From contig OZ240215.1 in the NCBI GenBank assembly GCA_965197585.1, forward strand, positions 704,001 to 768,000: a stretch of 64,000 nt of DNA, in the 5' to 3' direction. Below the pieces are notes generated by a model. The model searched no databases. It was not told the DNA's origin and saw nothing but the letters and a program-made list of their open reading frames with translations. Each line of letters begins with the position of its first letter. Within the stretch, counting starts at the first letter, position 1. This document shows, piece by piece, positions 51,456 to 60,449 of this stretch. The DNA is from Dehalococcoidia bacterium. GTDB lineage: Bacteria > Chloroflexota > Dehalococcoidia > Plut-88900. Position numbers and translations under genes: made by a program.

Positions 51456-52013
51456 CTAGACCCGCTCCTGATATTCGCCGGTGCGGGTGTCTACCTTAAT
51501 GGTGTCATCTTCGTTGACGAATAGCGGGACGTTGACGGTTAGGCCCGTTTCGAGGGTGGCGGGCTTGGTGCCGCCCTGGGCGGTGTCACCCTTGTAGCCG
51601 GGATCGGTCTCGGTGACGCGGAGGTCGACGGTGGTGGGCAGTTCGACGCCAATGGGAACTTCACCGTGGAGAATAAGATCGAGAGTCATTCCTTCAAGGA
51701 GGTAGCCCACGACATCCTCGACGAGCTCATGGGAGACGGGTGACTGCTCGAAGGTGTCGGTGTACATGAAATAGAAGAGGTCACCGTCACGGTATAGGAA
51801 CTGGGCCTCCTGCCGTTCGAGCCGTGCGACGGCGAAGCGTTCTCCGGCCTGGAAGGTGCGTTCGATGGTGTGGCCTTCGGTGATGTTGCGTATCTTCATC
51901 CTGACCTGGGCCGAGCCTCGGGCGATCTTGATGTGCTTGAGCATAAGAATCTTGTAGAGGCTGCCATCGAGCTCTATGGTCATGCCCTTCTTGATAGCTC
52001 CGGTCTCAATCAT
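51456..52013 (-). CDS. efp: Elongation factor P
   Basis: PG.KGDTA.GG.KPA.LETG, VPLF, KVDTR.GEY..R. Confidence 0.96.
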   Translation of the reverse strand: MIETGAIKKGMTIELDGSLYKILMLKHIKIARGSAQVRMKIRNITEGHTIERTFQAGERFAVARLERQEAQFLYRDGDLFYFMYTDTFEQSPVSHELVEDVVGYLLEGMTLDLILHGEVPIGVELPTTVDLRVTETDPGYKGDTAQGGTKPATLETGLTVNVPLFVNEDDTIKVDTRTGEYQERV

Positions 52014-52022
52014 GAACGCACC

Positions 52023-53123
52023 TCAATTGTTGGCGGAGCGGATTCCCTTGGGGGTCTTGGTAATGACCCGCACCTTGCCGTTTTCCAAGACTACCATGTC
52101 TTCGATTCTAACGCCGCCCCAGCCGGGGATGTATATGCCGGGTTCTATGGTGAATACCATGTCCTTCCCGAGTACGCTGCTGCCCCGGGGCCCGACAACG
52201 GGAACTTCATGAACCGCCAAGCCTATGCCGTGGCCGAGGGAGTGTCCGAAGCGTTCGCCGTAGCCGGCGTCATCGATAACGGCGCGGGCCAGGGCGTCGG
52301 CCTCGTGGCCGGTCATGCCGGAGCGTACGGCGTCGATGGCGTTGAGTTGGGCGTCCAGCACGGTGTTGTAAACCTTGTCCATCTGTTCATCTGCGGTACC
52401 GACAACTATTGTGCGGGTGATGTCGCTGCAGTAGCCGTTGATTCTGGCGCCCATATCGATGACCACGGGTTCGCCGGACTGGATGGCTTTATCGGAGGGG
52501 CGGTGGTGGGGGAGTGCGCCGTTGGGGCCCGAGGCGACGATGGTGTCGAAGCTGATGGAGTCGGCCCCGGCGTCACGCATGGCTTTTTCGAGCTCCCAAG
52601 CGACCTGCTTCTCGGTCATGCCGGGCTCGATGGCCGGGACCACCTGGGCTAGGGCCTGGTCTGCGAAGGATGCGGCCCTGCCGATCTCGGCGATTTCGTC
52701 GGATCCCTTTACTTCCCGCAGGGTCTCGACCAAACCGCGGGTGGACATGAGGCGGGGGCGCTCCTCGGAAGGAAGGTCGGCGATGGAGCGTTTTATGGCC
52801 GAGTAGAAGCTGAAAGATACGTCGGATGCTTCGAAACCGAGGCGTCGGGGCTTGATCTCGGCGAGGGCCTCGTGGAACCAGCCGAAGGGTTTGGGCCCTG
52901 CCATCTTGAGCAGCGTGTAGTCGGGGCACTGGCGGGCGGACTGCTCGTAGTAGCGGAAGTCGGTGGCGATAAAGGCGTGGTCCCGGGAGATGATGAGAAA
53001 GCCGGCCGAGCCGCTAAACCCCGAGAGATAGAAGCGGTTCTCGGGTTGCGATATCAGGAGGGCATCGAGACCCTCAGCTTCGAGCTTTCTTCTGAGCTTT
53101 TGCGTTCTTTCCAATGCGCTCAT
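52023..53123 (-). CDS. Xaa-Pro aminopeptidase (M24)
   Basis: YLSGFSG, TDFRY, GYCSDITRT, HSLGHGIGL.VHE, TIEPGIY, GVRIED. Confidence 0.93.
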   Translation of the reverse strand: MSALERTQKLRRKLEAEGLDALLISQPENRFYLSGFSGSAGFLIISRDHAFIATDFRYYEQSARQCPDYTLLKMAGPKPFGWFHEALAEIKPRRLGFEASDVSFSFYSAIKRSIADLPSEERPRLMSTRGLVETLREVKGSDEIAEIGRAASFADQALAQVVPAIEPGMTEKQVAWELEKAMRDAGADSISFDTIVASGPNGALPHHRPSDKAIQSGEPVVIDMGARINGYCSDITRTIVVGTADEQMDKVYNTVLDAQLNAIDAVRSGMTGHEADALARAVIDDAGYGERFGHSLGHGIGLAVHEVPVVGPRGSSVLGKDMVFTIEPGIYIPGWGGVRIEDMVVLENGKVRVITKTPKGIRSANN

Positions 53124-53135
53124 AGTGTGCCTATC

Positions 53136-53576
53136 CTAACCGCTTTTCTTAAGGGAGTCGACGAGCAAGTCGAGGGCCGAGAGATAACCCCTCCAGCCCT
53201 GACCGGCGATCTGCCCCCTGGCGATGGGAGCAATGACGGATACGGAGCGAAACTGCTCACGGGCGTGGATGTTGGATAGATGGACTTCGATAATTGGGAG
53301 GGCGGTGTCGGCGAGGGCATCCCGGAGGGAGAGGCCGTAATGGGTGAGGGCGCCGGGATTGATGACTATGCCGTCGGCGTTTTCGGACTCGGCCTGGAGG
53401 AAGTCGATAATTGTGCCTTCGTGGTTGGACTGAAAGAAAGATACGTCTGTGCCGAGTTCGGAGGCGCGGGTGGAAACGGCGGTCTCGATGTCGGCGAGGG
53501 TAGTCGTCCCGTACTGGGACGGGTCCCGCTTGCCGAGACGGTTCAGATTGGGGCCGTTTACTACCAGTATTCTCAT
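53136..53576 (-). CDS. aroQ: Type II 3-dehydroquinate dehydratase
   Basis: NGPNLN.LG.R...YG, QSNHEG, NPGALTH, EVHLSN..ARE.FR. Confidence 0.96.
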   Translation of the reverse strand: MRILVVNGPNLNRLGKRDPSQYGTTTLADIETAVSTRASELGTDVSFFQSNHEGTIIDFLQAESENADGIVINPGALTHYGLSLRDALADTALPIIEVHLSNIHAREQFRSVSVIAPIARGQIAGQGWRGYLSALDLLVDSLKKSG

Positions 53577-54535
53577 TCAGAATCTTTGGAGGCTTGGGCC
53601 CTGGGATGGGCCTTTTCGTAAGTCTTGCGGGTCTCGGCGGTGGTCATGTGGGTGTAGATCTGGGTCGTGCCGAGGCTCTCGTGGCCAAGGAGCTCCTGCA
53701 CTACACGGAGGTCGGCGCCGCCATCCAACAGGTGAGTAGCGAAGCTGTGGCGGAGAGTGTGGGGATGGGCGGGCTCGAGGAGACCCCTCTCAAGAGAGTA
53801 CTTACGGACAAGTGTCTGGACGCTTCGGACGGAGAGCCGACCGCCACTGTTGTTGAGGAAGAGGGCTCGGTTCTTGGCGTTGGTTGAAAGTTGAGGTCTG
53901 CCGTGGGAGAGGTAGCGGGCTATGGCATCAAGGGCCTGCTTCCCGACCACGACGTCCCGCTCCTTGGAACCCTTGCCCAGGACCCGGAGTTCGCGGTTGC
54001 CATCGGCCACATCATCGGTGTCCAGGCTTACTACTTCGCTGACTCGGAGGCCGGTGGCGTAGATCAACTCCAGAAGGGCGCGGTCCCGCAGCCCGAGGGG
54101 GGTGGGGTCAAGGGGGGCCTCTACGAGGGCGGAAGCATCCTGAGGAGACAGGAACTTGGGAAACTTCCTGTCGAGTTTGGGGAGGCGGAGCCGGGCCACG
54201 GGGTTGGTATCGAGCCAGCCTTCTCTTACGAGAAATCGGTAGAAGGTGCGGAGCACGCTTATCTTGCGGGCCACGCTCCGCATGTCGTGGCCGTGCTTAA
54301 CCTGGTTGTTGGTGACCTGGATGCTGCGCTCGGTGGTGAGCCATGCGACGTACTTCCTCAGGAGATTCTTGATCTCCTTGCCGCCTACTTCTGCCAGGTC
54401 ATATATCCCGGTGTCTTCCAGGAAGTCGAAATAGGAATTGAGGTCCGTCCGGTAGTTGCGCACGGTGTAGGAGGAGAGGTTGCGCTCCCCTTCCAGGTAC
54501 CGGATGAATTTGTTGAGATACTGGTAGTGTTCCAA
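53573..54535 (-). CDS. xerC: Tyrosine recombinase XerC/XerD
   Basis: YATGLRVSE, GKGSKER, HTLRHSFATH, LLGH, TTQIYTH; dprA-topA-xerC synteny. Confidence 0.9.
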   Translation of the reverse strand: MEHYQYLNKFIRYLEGERNLSSYTVRNYRTDLNSYFDFLEDTGIYDLAEVGGKEIKNLLRKYVAWLTTERSIQVTNNQVKHGHDMRSVARKISVLRTFYRFLVREGWLDTNPVARLRLPKLDRKFPKFLSPQDASALVEAPLDPTPLGLRDRALLELIYATGLRVSEVVSLDTDDVADGNRELRVLGKGSKERDVVVGKQALDAIARYLSHGRPQLSTNAKNRALFLNNSGGRLSVRSVQTLVRKYSLERGLLEPAHPHTLRHSFATHLLDGGADLRVVQELLGHESLGTTQIYTHMTTAETRKTYEKAHPRAQASKDSE

Positions 54536-54550
54536 GGTTGTGGCTCGGGG

Positions 54551-57001
54551 CTAGGCGGGTACGGGTTCCTCGGCGGCTTTAGGGGCAGCGTAGGGCTTGG
54601 CGTTCTTGCATTTCGGGTAGCCGGTGCAGGCTATGAAGCGGCCTCGTCTGCCGGATTTTATGGCCATGGGTTTGCCGCACTTATCGCAGGACTCATCGAT
54701 TATTTCCGGCGCCTGGCGAGACTGTTCGCCCGGGAGAGGTCGGGTGTTCTTGCACTTGGGATAGGCGGTACAGGCGAGGAATTTTCCCCTACGGCCCGAT
54801 CTAATGACCATGGGACTTGCACATTTTTCGCAGGCCTCATCGGTCTTTTCCGGTTGTTCTCGTTCGTCACCCGGAAGGGGTCGGGTGTTCTTGCACTTGG
54901 GGTAGGCGGTACAGGCGAGGAATTTTCCCCTACGGCCTGATCTAACGACCATAGGGCTTTCACATTTTTCACAGACCTCATCGGTCTCTTCCGGTTGCTC
55001 GCGTTCGTCGCCGGGGAGCGGCCTGGCGTTCTTGCATTCGGGATAACCCGTGCAGGACAGGAATTTTCCGTAACGCCCGACCTTGATAACCATAGGGCGT
55101 TCGCATTTTTCGCAGAAGATGTCGGTTTCCTCGGGTTCCTGGCCGGGGAGAGGCTTAGCGTTTTTGCACTTGGGGTAGCCGCTGCAAGATAGGAAACGGC
55201 CGTTTCGCCCCGCCTTGACGGTCATAGGCTCGCCGCATTTTTCGCAGACGAGGCCGGAGGCTTCGTCGGGGATGGCCTCAGATGCTTTGTCCAAGGCCTC
55301 CTGGAAGGGGTCATAGAATTCCCGGATTACGGGGACCCATTCACGCTCACCCCTGGAAATTTCATCAAATTCCTGCTCCATCTCGGCGGTAAAGCCGAGG
55401 TTCACGATATCGGGGAAGTGCTCGTTTAGGAGGGCGTTGACGCGAAGACCCAACTCCGTTGGGTGTATCCGGCCCTTCTCCTTGCTGATGTATTTACGGT
55501 CCTGGATAGTTGAGAGGGTCGGGGCGTAGGTGCTGGGCCGACCAATACCGTTCTCCTCCAGGGCCTTGATGAGAGAGGCTTCGGTGTAGCGGGGGGGAGG
55601 CTGTGTGAAATGCTGTTTCTGTTGAAGGGCCAGGAATTCCAGGGACTCGCCGGGGGAGAGTTCTGGGAGGGGTGGCTGCTTTTCGCTATCGGCTGTATCG
55701 TCGGCGTCCTCATGATAGAGGGTCAGGAAGCCGGGGAAGGCGGTGACGGAGCCCGTGGCGCGGAAGAGGTAGGTCTCGGCCGAGCCATTGGCCTCTATGT
55801 GGGCCGTAGTCTGGTCTATGAGGGCGGAGCTCATCTGGCTGGCGACCATACGCTTCCAGATCAGTTCGTAGAGCTTCGATTGGTCGTTGCTGAGATAGGA
55901 CTTCATGGCTGCCGGGTCTCGGTAGCAGGAGGTGGGTCGGATAGCCTCATGGGCTTCCTGGGCGCCCTTGGAGCGAGCTCTGTAGGCACGGGGTGAAGTG
56001 GGCACGTAGGCGGCCCCGAACTTTTCGGAGATGTACCTACGGGCCTCGTTGCGGGCCCCGTTGGAGACGGAAGGAGAGTCGGTCCGCATGTAGGTAATGA
56101 GGCCGATCTGGCCCTCGTTGCCGACGGGGAGGCCTTCGTAGAGCTGCTGGGCCACGGCCATGGTCTTCTTTGCCGTAAACCGTAGCTTTCGACCGGCCTC
56201 CTGCTGCAGGGTGCTAGTGGTGAAAGGCGGAGAAGGGTTACGCTTGGCCTGCTTTTTGTCGACCTTGGCGACGGTGTAGGAGGCCCCTTCGAGGGCGGTG
56301 GCTATGGCTGTGCTCTGATCCTCGGCGTCTATGGAAATCTTGCCGCGTTTGCCTTTCTGGTTGTGGAGCAAGGCTCGGAATGCGGTCTTCTTTGCGGCCT
56401 TTTGCTTATTGAGGTCGGCCTCGATTGTCCAGTACTCCTTCGGGACGAAGGCGGTGACCTCCTGTTCCCGGTCGGAGACCATGCGGAGGGCGGCGGACTG
56501 GACCCGGCCCGCCGACAGGCCCTTTTCGAGCTTGCGCCAGAGCAGAGGGCTGAGCCTGTACCCGACGACTCGATCCAAGACTCGGCGGGCCTGCTGGGCA
56601 TCGACGAGGTCCATATCGATTTCACGGGGATTGTCGAACGCCTCCGTAATCGCATTCTTGGTGATTTCGTGGAAGACGACCCGTTGAACGGGCATGCCTT
56701 TGATGTTGGAAGCCTCGAGGAGGTGCCAGGAGATGGCTTCGCCTTCCCTGTCGGGGTCGGTTGCCAGGTAGACGGCATCGGCGCCCTTGGCAGCCTTTGC
56801 GAGCTTCTGGACGGTGTCCTTCTTATTCTTTGGGACTTCGTAGAAAGGTGCGAAGTCTTCGGCAACGTTGACGCCGAACCGGTATTGGGGCAGGTCCCGG
56901 ACGTGGCCTAAAGAGGCCATCACGTTGAAGTCCTTGCCCAGTATCTTTTCGATGGTCCGGGCCTTGGCGGGAGATTCTACAATTACGAGTTTTTTAGCCA
57001 T
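54551..57001 (-). CDS. topA: DNA topoisomerase I with five C-terminal zinc ribbons
   Basis: VESPAK, ATDPDREGE, SAGRVQS, ITYMRTDS, GIGRPST; start set at MAKKLV (57001). Confidence 0.98.
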   Translation of the reverse strand: MAKKLVIVESPAKARTIEKILGKDFNVMASLGHVRDLPQYRFGVNVAEDFAPFYEVPKNKKDTVQKLAKAAKGADAVYLATDPDREGEAISWHLLEASNIKGMPVQRVVFHEITKNAITEAFDNPREIDMDLVDAQQARRVLDRVVGYRLSPLLWRKLEKGLSAGRVQSAALRMVSDREQEVTAFVPKEYWTIEADLNKQKAAKKTAFRALLHNQKGKRGKISIDAEDQSTAIATALEGASYTVAKVDKKQAKRNPSPPFTTSTLQQEAGRKLRFTAKKTMAVAQQLYEGLPVGNEGQIGLITYMRTDSPSVSNGARNEARRYISEKFGAAYVPTSPRAYRARSKGAQEAHEAIRPTSCYRDPAAMKSYLSNDQSKLYELIWKRMVASQMSSALIDQTTAHIEANGSAETYLFRATGSVTAFPGFLTLYHEDADDTADSEKQPPLPELSPGESLEFLALQQKQHFTQPPPRYTEASLIKALEENGIGRPSTYAPTLSTIQDRKYISKEKGRIHPTELGLRVNALLNEHFPDIVNLGFTAEMEQEFDEISRGEREWVPVIREFYDPFQEALDKASEAIPDEASGLVCEKCGEPMTVKAGRNGRFLSCSGYPKCKNAKPLPGQEPEETDIFCEKCERPMVIKVGRYGKFLSCTGYPECKNARPLPGDEREQPEETDEVCEKCESPMVVRSGRRGKFLACTAYPKCKNTRPLPGDEREQPEKTDEACEKCASPMVIRSGRRGKFLACTAYPKCKNTRPLPGEQSRQAPEIIDESCDKCGKPMAIKSGRRGRFIACTGYPKCKNAKPYAAPKAAEEPVPA

Positions 57002-57006
57002 AAGGG

Positions 57007-58119
57007 TTACACTTGTGCAGGATAGGCAGGTCGGACTTCGCGAATCTTGATATAGCTCATTGCGCCGACCTGCTTGACTATTCCTTTCAGTTCCATCATA
57101 GCCAGAGTGCTGCTCACCGTCGATACGGGCAAGTTGCACTGGCGGGTGACTTCGTCGATGTGGATGGGTTCCCGGGACAGGAGCTTGATGAGGTCGGCCT
57201 CCGGGGCGGAGACTTCAAGCAACTCTTGCATGACGAGCTGCTCTGGGACTAGTTTGAGGTTTAGCTCTTCGAGGACATCCTCTATGCGCGTGACCAGTTT
57301 GGCCCCTTCCTGTAGCAGGCGGTTGGTGCCCCGGCTCTTGGGTGAAGTGACATTGCCGGGCACGGCGAAGACCTCCCGATTGTGCTCCAGGGCGTAGCCG
57401 GCGGTTATGAGCGCGCCGCTCTTTTCATCTGCTTCTACAACGAGGGTGCCGAGGGTGAGGCCGCTCATGATGCGATTTCGCCTGGGGAAGAAGTCGGGGC
57501 GGGGGCGGGTGTCGAGGGGGTAGTCACTGATGACCGCGCCGGACTCGGCGATCTCGTCTGCGAGGCGTTGGTGTTCGGGAGGGTAGACCATGTCGAGACC
57601 GCAGGCCTGAATGGCGAGGGTACGACCACCGGCATCAAGGGCGGCGCGGTGAGCTACGGAGTCTATGCCACGGGCCAGGCCGCTGACCACGGTAATTCCG
57701 TTGCGGGCGAGCTCTGTGGACAAGGTGAGGGCCATCTCCTTCCCGTAGGCGGTGGGCTGCCGGGACCCGATCACTGCGATGCCCCAATCGTCCTGCTCGG
57801 TGATTGCGCCGCGGACGTAGATTACGGGAGGGCGGTCGTATATCTGGTTGAGCCGGTCAGGGTAACGGGGATCGTGCCAGGTCAGGGGCTCGATGTTGCG
57901 AGCCAGGAGGTCGTACAAGACCGTATCGGGGTCGATGGCAGGGCGGCGGGACTGGATTGAGGTGATGGACCGGCTGTCTAGGCCCGCTTTCCGGAGGGCG
58001 GAGGGGCCTGCCGTCCAAGCAACTTCAAGGGAACCGAAATAGGCTTCCAGAGCAGCGTAACGGGCCCTGCCGATGCCGGGTATTCTGTTGAATGCAACCC
58101 AATACTTGAGGTCTTTCAT
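57007..58119 (-). CDS. dprA: DNA-processing protein DprA
   Basis: IAVIGSR, VSGLARGID..AH, FPRRNRIMSG, SGALITA, VFAVPG, C-terminal winged helix; start set at MKDLKYW. Confidence 0.96.
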   Translation of the reverse strand: MKDLKYWVAFNRIPGIGRARYAALEAYFGSLEVAWTAGPSALRKAGLDSRSITSIQSRRPAIDPDTVLYDLLARNIEPLTWHDPRYPDRLNQIYDRPPVIYVRGAITEQDDWGIAVIGSRQPTAYGKEMALTLSTELARNGITVVSGLARGIDSVAHRAALDAGGRTLAIQACGLDMVYPPEHQRLADEIAESGAVISDYPLDTRPRPDFFPRRNRIMSGLTLGTLVVEADEKSGALITAGYALEHNREVFAVPGNVTSPKSRGTNRLLQEGAKLVTRIEDVLEELNLKLVPEQLVMQELLEVSAPEADLIKLLSREPIHIDEVTRQCNLPVSTVSSTLAMMELKGIVKQVGAMSYIKIREVRPAYPAQV

Positions 58120-58173
58120 GCGCGGCCATTCTAGCATAGGGAAATTTGGCTTCAAAATGAACGGGACGGGGAC

Positions 58174-58194
58174 TGGCGGAGAGGATGGGATTCG
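58174..58194 (-). mobile_element. att site: duplicated tRNA 3' end (tRNA-Ser-like), border of an integrative island
   Basis: Minus strand CGAATCCCATCCTCTCCGCCA = T-arm 3' half, acceptor strand, discriminator G and CCA. The rest of the tRNA is absent, and GC and gene content change to its right. Confidence 0.8.
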
Positions 58195-58630
58195 GAGTTA
58201 GCTATGATTCACCTGCAGTTGAGTGGCCGTTACCACAATCCTTACCACGTTATTGATCTAGGGCAATCACACCTACAGTTCCGCACTCGGGTATGGTATC
58301 ACGCCTTTACATTGGATAAGACCGAAGTGGCTGGGTTCGGTTTGCCCTAAGCATCGCAGTGCCAGAGTGATTGCACACCGGTCCGCTTGGAAAGTTAGAA
58401 TCTCGCTGGGCAGCGCCTAGAGCGCAGGAAAGGCCGGGATCGTCCTCGGTGACTACGAGATAGGCCGGGATGCACGACAAATCGCTAAGACCACCGGCAA
58501 GCCCTTCCGAGAGATTGAAGAGGAGACGAATAACTATGGTAACGAGGATAGAGACGCCTTCTCCGAATACAAAACTAGATAGCAAATGCATTGGGGGCGA
58601 AGTTGAGAGGCTATGAACGGCATTGGGCCA

Positions 58631-59227
58631 TCAATCGCGGAGTTGGCGACAGAGCCTTATCGACCCGTGCGTCTCTCTCCCGCGACCGGTGTAATAGTGG
58701 CCTTCAAGCCGGTCGGGAGCATCACTGACCAGGACCGCCGTACCACGGAACTGCTGCATTGTCCTGACGGATTCAGCTTTAGGCTCGTTGTCGAAAAGGT
58801 AGGTCAGTACCAAACCCTCCGGCGCGTTGGTGAGAATGGAGGCTGTCAAGCTCCAAGAGCGGGACTCGGCGGCGTAAAGACGCACTACTAATTTTGTCCA
58901 TGTTTGCTCAATCGTAACCGTAACCGGTTGAATCTTATCAAACCCCGTATAAGAACTGGCAATCGTTCCCGTCCATGTGCCCCGTAATTTCGGCACGCTG
59001 ATTAGCCGCAGCGCTCTGAGGAGCGGCCATCTCCAGAGCCAGTTGTCGAAGGCCCAATAAGAGACACCAAAAGCCAAAGCGATAGACGGGATTGGAAGCA
59101 GCCACCGCATGGGGAGGAGTTCTGAGGGTATGAGCGCGGTTGCAATCCCGGATGCTATGACGCTGGCCATAAAGAGTATTCTCACCACGAAGACGCGCTC
59201 ACGGGAGTCTATGGTGTAGTCGTGCAT
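58631..59227 (-). CDS. cap15: CBASS 2TM beta-strand-rich membrane effector (Cap15-like)
   Basis: MHDY.ID start, two hydrophobic helices, L.G.W.G, IEQTW, YLFDNEP, GHYYTGR; directly downstream of the CD-NTase. Confidence 0.85.
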   Translation of the reverse strand: MHDYTIDSRERVFVVRILFMASVIASGIATALIPSELLPMRWLLPIPSIALAFGVSYWAFDNWLWRWPLLRALRLISVPKLRGTWTGTIASSYTGFDKIQPVTVTIEQTWTKLVVRLYAAESRSWSLTASILTNAPEGLVLTYLFDNEPKAESVRTMQQFRGTAVLVSDAPDRLEGHYYTGRGRETHGSIRLCRQLRD

Positions 59228-59235
59228 CTCGATTG

Positions 59236-60129
59236 CTACCAGCCCTCATACTGCTTGACCAACGCGTTTATCATGATTCTGGCGTCACTTTCGTTCCACG
59301 AATCTGGATCGCTGTCAAACATAGGAACAGGCCTGTTTTGGCTGGAGAATCGCGATAAATCATTACCTTGCAGCCAATAGAGGGCGGATGAGTAGGCCGT
59401 TTGATACGAACCTGCCAGCAAACCGTCCGGCACGTTGTACAACAAGCACTCTATCCGATACGACTGCGCCGTGGTCGGCGCCAGGCGGCCCTCTTCCACG
59501 AGCTGGGCGCGTGCGTTCTTGAACATCCTTGTGGTCCGGCGGAACCACCAGTTTGTAGCTTTTTCCTTCTCGACGCCCTTTCGCCGGTGTAGGTGAGGGT
59601 AGCTGACGGCCCATCTGCTTTCCGTCGGCAGGTACAACCCCAAGCCTTCCATATTCTTGTAGTTGCGCAGGCCCACAAATTCCGTGTACTTGAGGTAGCG
59701 GACGGCCACCACTATGTCAACCGGAATTGCGGGCGAATCCATGACAAGTTTGAGTGTCTTCCTGCCTTCCCGAACCCGTGATTCTCCGAACACGGCAATA
59801 ACGGCTCTGAGCACGTCCCTGCGGAAACGTCTCCAGCCATAATCTTGCTTAGGAAAATTCTTGTGCAACAATTCCTTCTGAGAATCAGGTAGCCATGATC
59901 CGTCTCGTATTGGAATTGAAGTCAGTTCCGCGACGACGTCGACGTCGCTCTGGCGTCGGAGATGAGTGTTGTTCCGGTAAGAGCCTTGCAAATACGTCAT
60001 GTAGCGAACGCCTTCCGGCCATTGGTGTCGTGCCAAGGCATTGCGAATGGCGACGTGGGTATTCTTAGCCCCCTTGACCGTACCCGGTTGGGCCCAGGTC
60101 TTGAGTTGATTTTCCGGGATTGGCGTCAC
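59236..60129 (-). CDS. cGAS/DncV-like nucleotidyltransferase (CD-NTase, CdnE-like)
   Basis: QL..WA.P, YLQGSYRN.T...SDVD, third Asp in PVDIV, RMFKN, SY.IECLLYNVP; start set at GTG 60129. Confidence 0.88.
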   Translation of the reverse strand: MTPIPENQLKTWAQPGTVKGAKNTHVAIRNALARHQWPEGVRYMTYLQGSYRNNTHLRRQSDVDVVAELTSIPIRDGSWLPDSQKELLHKNFPKQDYGWRRFRRDVLRAVIAVFGESRVREGRKTLKLVMDSPAIPVDIVVAVRYLKYTEFVGLRNYKNMEGLGLYLPTESRWAVSYPHLHRRKGVEKEKATNWWFRRTTRMFKNARAQLVEEGRLAPTTAQSYRIECLLYNVPDGLLAGSYQTAYSSALYWLQGNDLSRFSSQNRPVPMFDSDPDSWNESDARIMINALVKQYEGW

Positions 60130-60449
60130 ACTAGTCCCACGCTGGCACACAACACAATAGGCTTGATTGTCTCGCGATAAGAAAGATCCCCACATATCCG
60201 AGTGGGGTTGGCCTCATGTCACTAGGTCGGACTGTACGATTTCCGGAGGTTTGTGCCCATTTAGTGATTCATTCGTTCCCGCCAAACCTCTTGCACATTC
60301 TGACCCTATTCATCGACCATGCAACAGGGCAGGACTCTATCGAGACTATCGTTCAGTTATTAGATGCGTACCTGGCCAATACATGTCTTCACGACAGTTC
60401 CCTGTCCATAAAGCAAGAATCAGATTTTGGTCCGATTTCCTGTTGGATC

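Noticed and set aside
53573-54535. xerC as the island integrase
   Set aside because: Lies outside the att site in the conserved dprA-topA-xerC housekeeping context.
53891-54940. Long antisense ORFs (also 27403-28458, 2254-3369, 46300-47088)
   Set aside because: Shadow frames of well-supported genes in GC-rich DNA.
58174-58260. Complete tRNA gene
   Set aside because: Only the 3' 21 nt match; no D-arm, anticodon arm or 5' acceptor strand can be formed.
58421-58582. Protein-like 53-codon plus-strand frame (..DYEIGRDARQIAKTTGKPF..)
   Set aside because: No standard start codon after the upstream stop; at most a gene remnant, and I cannot identify it.
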